A DNA stretch of 64,000 nt, from IMG/VR virus record IMGVR_UViG_3300010885_044304, positions 2,161-66,160 of that record; one strand, given 5' to 3'. The notes beneath the pieces were generated by a model. The model was given only the letters and a program-made list of their open reading frames with translations. It ran no database searches and was not told the origin of the DNA. Made by a program: the position numbers and the translations under genes. Below, piece by piece: positions 59,789 through 64,000 of this stretch; the first letter of the stretch is position 1, and every line of letters starts with the position of its first letter. Source of the stretch: a virus (taxonomy: Duplodnaviria; Caudoviricetes).

Positions 59789-60480
59789 AATACATATTTG
59801 CCGGAGACAGCTGGGCCACAAAGGCTTATACTCCAGAAAACAAAAATATCAATCAGTTGCTGCCAAATGATGTGAGGCTGGCCGATTTTTGGGGTCTACC
59901 ATATTCTCATCAGTTTTCATTGGGATTAAGTAATTTAGAAGTTATGGATAAAATAGCCCGGCACCATAACAACAATTTACCTATTGTTTGGATCTACACT
60001 GAACCTTGTAGGGACTATAACAGAATCACCGGGCGAGATGAATTTGAATGGCTAACTAGCGAAAAAACTTTTGAAATACGGAAAGATATTGATTGCATAG
60101 TATTAGAAACTATTAAAAAAACAATTAAAAATCCAATTGCACTAATTGGAGGGCTATCTGACATTAATACAGAATATGCATTAAGCCTGGGATATGAAGT
60201 TTTGCATCCGAGCTGGCAAAGTTGGATAGCAAAAAAACTAAATTCAAAATGGTTTCAATTTGGTTGGGGAGCCAGTGACGTGGGTTGGAGAATGGATTAT
60301 CATAATGTTAAACCAAGCCGTGAAGCTATATTTGCCTGGGATGATCAAATTAAAGAATGGTGCTGGTGGGAAGAACAGGGATATTTTTGTCGAGAACATC
60401 CTAGTATGCGGGCACATGAAGAATTTGCTGAATTTATGAAATTAAATGTGTTACAGTGGATAAATTGCTATTATGAATGA
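59785..60480 (+). CDS. SGNH/GDSL-hydrolase-like protein
   Basis: FAGDSW, GLSN and C-terminal EHP...AH..FA. Confidence 0.6.
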   Translation: MKYIFAGDSWATKAYTPENKNINQLLPNDVRLADFWGLPYSHQFSLGLSNLEVMDKIARHHNNNLPIVWIYTEPCRDYNRITGRDEFEWLTSEKTFEIRKDIDCIVLETIKKTIKNPIALIGGLSDINTEYALSLGYEVLHPSWQSWIAKKLNSKWFQFGWGASDVGWRMDYHNVKPSREAIFAWDDQIKEWCWWEEQGYFCREHPSMRAHEEFAEFMKLNVLQWINCYYE

Positions 60481-61810
60481 TTTAGAATTTAAACAAACAG
60501 TGCTTGACACTATTAGTCCCAGCTTCTGCGCGGCCAAATGGTACAACGCTACTATCTGGCTAGGCTCCGGTATGACCACTAGCTGTCATCACCCGCCTGC
60601 ACACAAAGTTGAAGTAGTTGATCTTATGACCAATCCTAAAGCACTGCATAACACAGCACAGAAGAAACAAGATCGTGCAGATATGCAAGCAGGAAATCGT
60701 CCTAAGGGGTGCGAATACTGTTGGAAGATTGAAGACATGGGGCGTGATGCTATTAGTGACCGTGTATATAAAAGTAAAATTTATCCTATAGAGGCCTTGC
60801 ATAAAGCTGCCAACACTCCTGCAACTAATGACGTTGATCTCAAAACCCTTGAGATATCTTTTGATCGCACCTGCAATTTTGCTTGTAGTTATTGCAACCC
60901 TGCTTTTAGTAGCACTTGGGTCAATGATATCAAGCGCAATGGGCCCTACATCGGCCTTAGATCCGATGGCAGGAATCATTTTACTCACACTCACGATAGC
61001 AGTCAACTTTATAGCTTTGGGGAACGCAATCCTTATGTGGATGCATTTTTTGCCTGGTGGGAATCTGACCTCCATAGAACACTTCAGGAACTTAGAATAA
61101 CAGGCGGCGAACCCTTGATGTCCGGCTATACATGGAAACTAATTGATTGGTTTAAAACCAATCAAGGCCGCAGTCAGACTAAGTTAGCAATAAACAGCAA
61201 CTTGGGTATGACACGAGAAAAACTATCAGACTTTGTTGAGCGTGTAAAAGACATTCCACATTTAGAAATTTATACCAGCAACGAAGCAGTAAATGGTGCC
61301 GCTGCATACATTCGAGACGGATTAGACTACAACTTATGGATGCACAATGTACAAGAATTACTTGAGCAGGATAGTATTAAAGCCATGCATTTTATGTGTA
61401 CCATCAATGCCCTGTGCCTAACTACATTACCTAATTTCTTATCGCAATTAATGGACCTAAAACAAACATATGGTCGAGAGCGTGTCAGCTTTACACTTAA
61501 CATCCTACGTTTTCCTAGTTTCCAGAGCCCGTTAATTTTTCCAAATGACTTGCGTACACAATTTAAGAACAATTTACAGGACTGGCTTGATACACATCGG
61601 GTTCATCCGTTAATGCACGAGCACGAAATTAATCACCTGCAGAGACTAATTGATTATTTAGATGTAGTTAAAACTCCTCATAGCGAAACATTTGATATGC
61701 CCAGTTTATTAAATGACTTTAAGAAATTCTATACACAGTACGACCAACGCCGTGATAAGAACTTTACACAGGCATTTCCTATATTAGAAGAATGGTACAA
61801 TGGCCTATAA
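60473..61810 (+). CDS. Twitch-domain radical SAM protein, paralogue of 55421-56812
   Basis: CAAKW..SCHH..CEYCW; CNFACSYC; TGGEPL. Confidence 0.88.
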   Translation: MNDLEFKQTVLDTISPSFCAAKWYNATIWLGSGMTTSCHHPPAHKVEVVDLMTNPKALHNTAQKKQDRADMQAGNRPKGCEYCWKIEDMGRDAISDRVYKSKIYPIEALHKAANTPATNDVDLKTLEISFDRTCNFACSYCNPAFSSTWVNDIKRNGPYIGLRSDGRNHFTHTHDSSQLYSFGERNPYVDAFFAWWESDLHRTLQELRITGGEPLMSGYTWKLIDWFKTNQGRSQTKLAINSNLGMTREKLSDFVERVKDIPHLEIYTSNEAVNGAAAYIRDGLDYNLWMHNVQELLEQDSIKAMHFMCTINALCLTTLPNFLSQLMDLKQTYGRERVSFTLNILRFPSFQSPLIFPNDLRTQFKNNLQDWLDTHRVHPLMHEHEINHLQRLIDYLDVVKTPHSETFDMPSLLNDFKKFYTQYDQRRDKNFTQAFPILEEWYNGL

Positions 61811-63086
61811 TTATAACAGCACTGATCCAATAAAGATTCGAGTAGAAAACTTAACCGATCGTCAACGATTCCTACTAACAGAAAGTAAAACATTCTGTAT
61901 GTATCCTTGGATACACCTACATGCATACCCTACAGGTGAAGCATATCCTTGCTGTCATGCTGAAATGGCTGTGGGTCCTGTTGGTAACTGTCACCGGGAT
62001 AGTCTTAAAACAATTGCCAACAGCGAAGGTATGCGTACACTACGCAACAACATGCTGACAGAAACAAAGAGTGCAGCCTGCACACGTTGCTACGAGCAAG
62101 AAGAATCGGGATTCTTTAGTGGCAGACAAAGTGCCAACAAGCATCACGGACATCACATTGAAGAAACTTATGCAACAAATCCAGATGGTAGTGTTGATAA
62201 CTTTACTATGACATATTGGGACATTCGTTTCAGCAACTTGTGCAATCTTAAATGTCGTAGCTGCGGGCATATCTTTTCTAGTCAATGGTACCAAGATCAA
62301 GCCAAACTAGCCGGACCAGACTGGGCCAGTAAACATAAGGTATTAAACATTGCCGGCCGACATAAAACCGACATGTGGGAACAGCTACAACCGCATCTAG
62401 ACTATGTAGAACAGATTTACTTTGCCGGTGGCGAACCTCTTATCATGGAAGAGCATTACCTAATCCTGGAAGAACTAGAGCGTCGTGGTCGGTTTGATGT
62501 ACGATTAATATACAATACAAACTTTACAGATGTCAGACTTAAGAACCGATTAGTATTTGATTATTGGAAAAAGTTTGATAGTGTTAGTGTAGGGGCAAGT
62601 CTTGATGATATGGGACCGCGTGCTGAATACATAAGAAAAGGCACTACCTGGTATGAAGTAGAAGCTAACAGAATCGCAATGATGGAAATTTGTCCCCAGA
62701 TTGATTTCTATATTAGCCCTACGCTGAGTATCATGAACGCATTGAGCTTGCCTGCATTTCATAAAAACTGGGTCGAACGTGGCCTAATACGTGCCCAAGA
62801 TCTCAATGTAAATATATTACAAGACCCTGCATACTATCGTATAGATATTGCACCTCCTGAATATAAGCAACATATACAGGAAACATTTGAACAGCATATT
62901 GAATGGCTACGCCCGTATGACCAGCTAAACCGTGCCACCGTGGGATTTGAAAGTGCAATCAAGTTTATGAATGCCACTGATAATCAACACTTGCTCGGTA
63001 AGTTCTGGCACAAGACACACGAACTAGATGCTATAAGAAATGAAAATATACTAGATGTAATACCAGAATTGGCAGCACTAAAATGA
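61800..63086 (+). CDS. Twitch-domain radical SAM protein
   Basis: CMYPW..YPCC..CTRC; CNLKCRSC; AGGEPL. Confidence 0.88.
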   Translation: MAYNYNSTDPIKIRVENLTDRQRFLLTESKTFCMYPWIHLHAYPTGEAYPCCHAEMAVGPVGNCHRDSLKTIANSEGMRTLRNNMLTETKSAACTRCYEQEESGFFSGRQSANKHHGHHIEETYATNPDGSVDNFTMTYWDIRFSNLCNLKCRSCGHIFSSQWYQDQAKLAGPDWASKHKVLNIAGRHKTDMWEQLQPHLDYVEQIYFAGGEPLIMEEHYLILEELERRGRFDVRLIYNTNFTDVRLKNRLVFDYWKKFDSVSVGASLDDMGPRAEYIRKGTTWYEVEANRIAMMEICPQIDFYISPTLSIMNALSLPAFHKNWVERGLIRAQDLNVNILQDPAYYRIDIAPPEYKQHIQETFEQHIEWLRPYDQLNRATVGFESAIKFMNATDNQHLLGKFWHKTHELDAIRNENILDVIPELAALK

Positions 63087-64000
63087 AAATACCACACGAA
63101 AAGTTTTGTGTACTACCTTGGGTTAGTTTAGAAACTAGTCCTATTGGTACAGTACGACCATGCTGCCTAGCAGAAGAAGAAATTACGGATGTAAATGGCA
63201 ACAAGTTCGACTTGTCTAAGTCTGCAGAGTTAGCTGACATACAAGACAGCAACTATATGCGAGGCCTCAGAAAACAATTTCTACGAGCAGAACAACCTGC
63301 AACGTGTAAGAAGTGCTGGAGCGAAGAAGATGCTGGCCGTACCAGTAAGCGTATGCATACCTTGAACAGACTAAAACACATGATACCAGATTCTGAATGG
63401 ACACAAGATCCTAAACCACTTATGTTTCTTGATCTGAAACTAGGTAATATCTGTAATCTTAAGTGTCGCATTTGCGGATCTTGGAGTAGCAGTACGTTTG
63501 CAGTAGAAGAAATAGAGTTTACCCCTATCGCACAAAAGAAAACAGGACTGCATTATCAAATGCTCAAGCAAGGTGCGTGGGCTAGAGATAATCCGGACTT
63601 CTGGGACGAGATAAACAGCATGTCAGACCAGATACGCTACATAGAATTTACAGGTGGCGAGCCCTTTATGATACGGGAACACTTTCAATTCTTAGAACGT
63701 ATTGTAGAAATGGGTATTGCTGGGCAAGTTGAAATACACTATAACACCAACGGTACTCAATATCCAGACAATGCAGAAGATATTTGGCAACATTTTAAAA
63801 CAGTAGAGATTGCATTTAGCGTTGATGATGTGGGCCCTAGATTTGAATACCAACGTGCTAACGCTGTATGGTCAGAGGTAGAACATAACATTGCTCGATT
63901 TATGGCCATGCGTGATCGTCATCGTCATATACAATTACAAGTATGCATTACTGTGAATGTGTTTAATGTCATGTATCTGGAAGATGTTGCAAACTGGGCA
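63083..64000 (+). CDS. Twitch-domain radical SAM protein, truncated at the window edge
   Basis: Not in the ORF track. Read manually: MKIPHEKFCVLPW...RPCC...CKKCW...GNICNLKCRICG...FTGGEPF; ATGA overlap with the previous gene. Confidence 0.85.
   Translation, partial: MKIPHEKFCVLPWVSLETSPIGTVRPCCLAEEEITDVNGNKFDLSKSAELADIQDSNYMRGLRKQFLRAEQPATCKKCWSEEDAGRTSKRMHTLNRLKHMIPDSEWTQDPKPLMFLDLKLGNICNLKCRICGSWSSSTFAVEEIEFTPIAQKKTGLHYQMLKQGAWARDNPDFWDEINSMSDQIRYIEFTGGEPFMIREHFQFLERIVEMGIAGQVEIHYNTNGTQYPDNAEDIWQHFKTVEIAFSVDDVGPRFEYQRANAVWSEVEHNIARFMAMRDRHRHIQLQVCITVNVFNVMYLEDVANWA

Noticed and set aside
99-63471. Numerous 60-260 aa ORFs antisense to or overlapping the long genes (e.g. 1228-1869, 5435-6013, 22974-23756, 28466-29179)
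   Set aside because: Shadow frames of well-supported genes, with no recognisable motifs or initiation signals.
1-64000. Stop-codon reassignment as seen in some large phages
   Set aside because: Standard-code ORFs are long (up to 4610 aa) and tile the window; genes end in TAA, TGA and TAG.
48656-64000. Cluster as a host LPS/capsule island or assembly chimera
   Set aside because: It follows the phage structural operon with a clean terminator-promoter junction, lacks transport or polymerase genes, and the same gene families are interleaved with phage core genes at 9-16 kb.

Overview
A 64-kb segment of a large T4-like (myovirus-type) tailed phage genome in the standard genetic code, with no recognisable tRNA, rRNA or CRISPR array. 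From left to right it holds: an acidic prohead core gene (truncated), the portal (gp20) and a tape-measure-like protein ending in M23-peptidase and lytic-transglycosylase domains (all minus strand); a divergent gp26/gp51-like pair joined by an in-frame T-TTT-TTC slippery site; a DUF1415-like, aminoacyl-tRNA-protein-transferase-like and DUF6614-like trio; a ~400-nt highly structured non-coding region directly downstream of a stand-alone GIY-YIG nuclease; the gp55-gp47-gp46 block interleaved with AT-rich SGNH-like and radical-SAM genes, where gp46 carries a 1-nt frameshift; a baseplate/tail operon (repeat-rich tube-initiator-like protein, gp53, hub, gp5, gp25, gp6, a 4610-aa wedge protein, fibre genes); and a ~15-kb cluster of glycosyltransferase-like, oxygenase-like, acetyltransferase, DegT aminotransferase, SGNH and Twitch radical-SAM genes running off the right edge. 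The best novelty candidates are the GIY-YIG plus structured RNA unit, the radical-SAM/SGNH/GT modification system, the transferase trio, the QDFG-repeat baseplate protein, the -1 frameshift and a recurring leaderless-promoter architecture. All family calls come from motif recognition by eye; no database searches were run.
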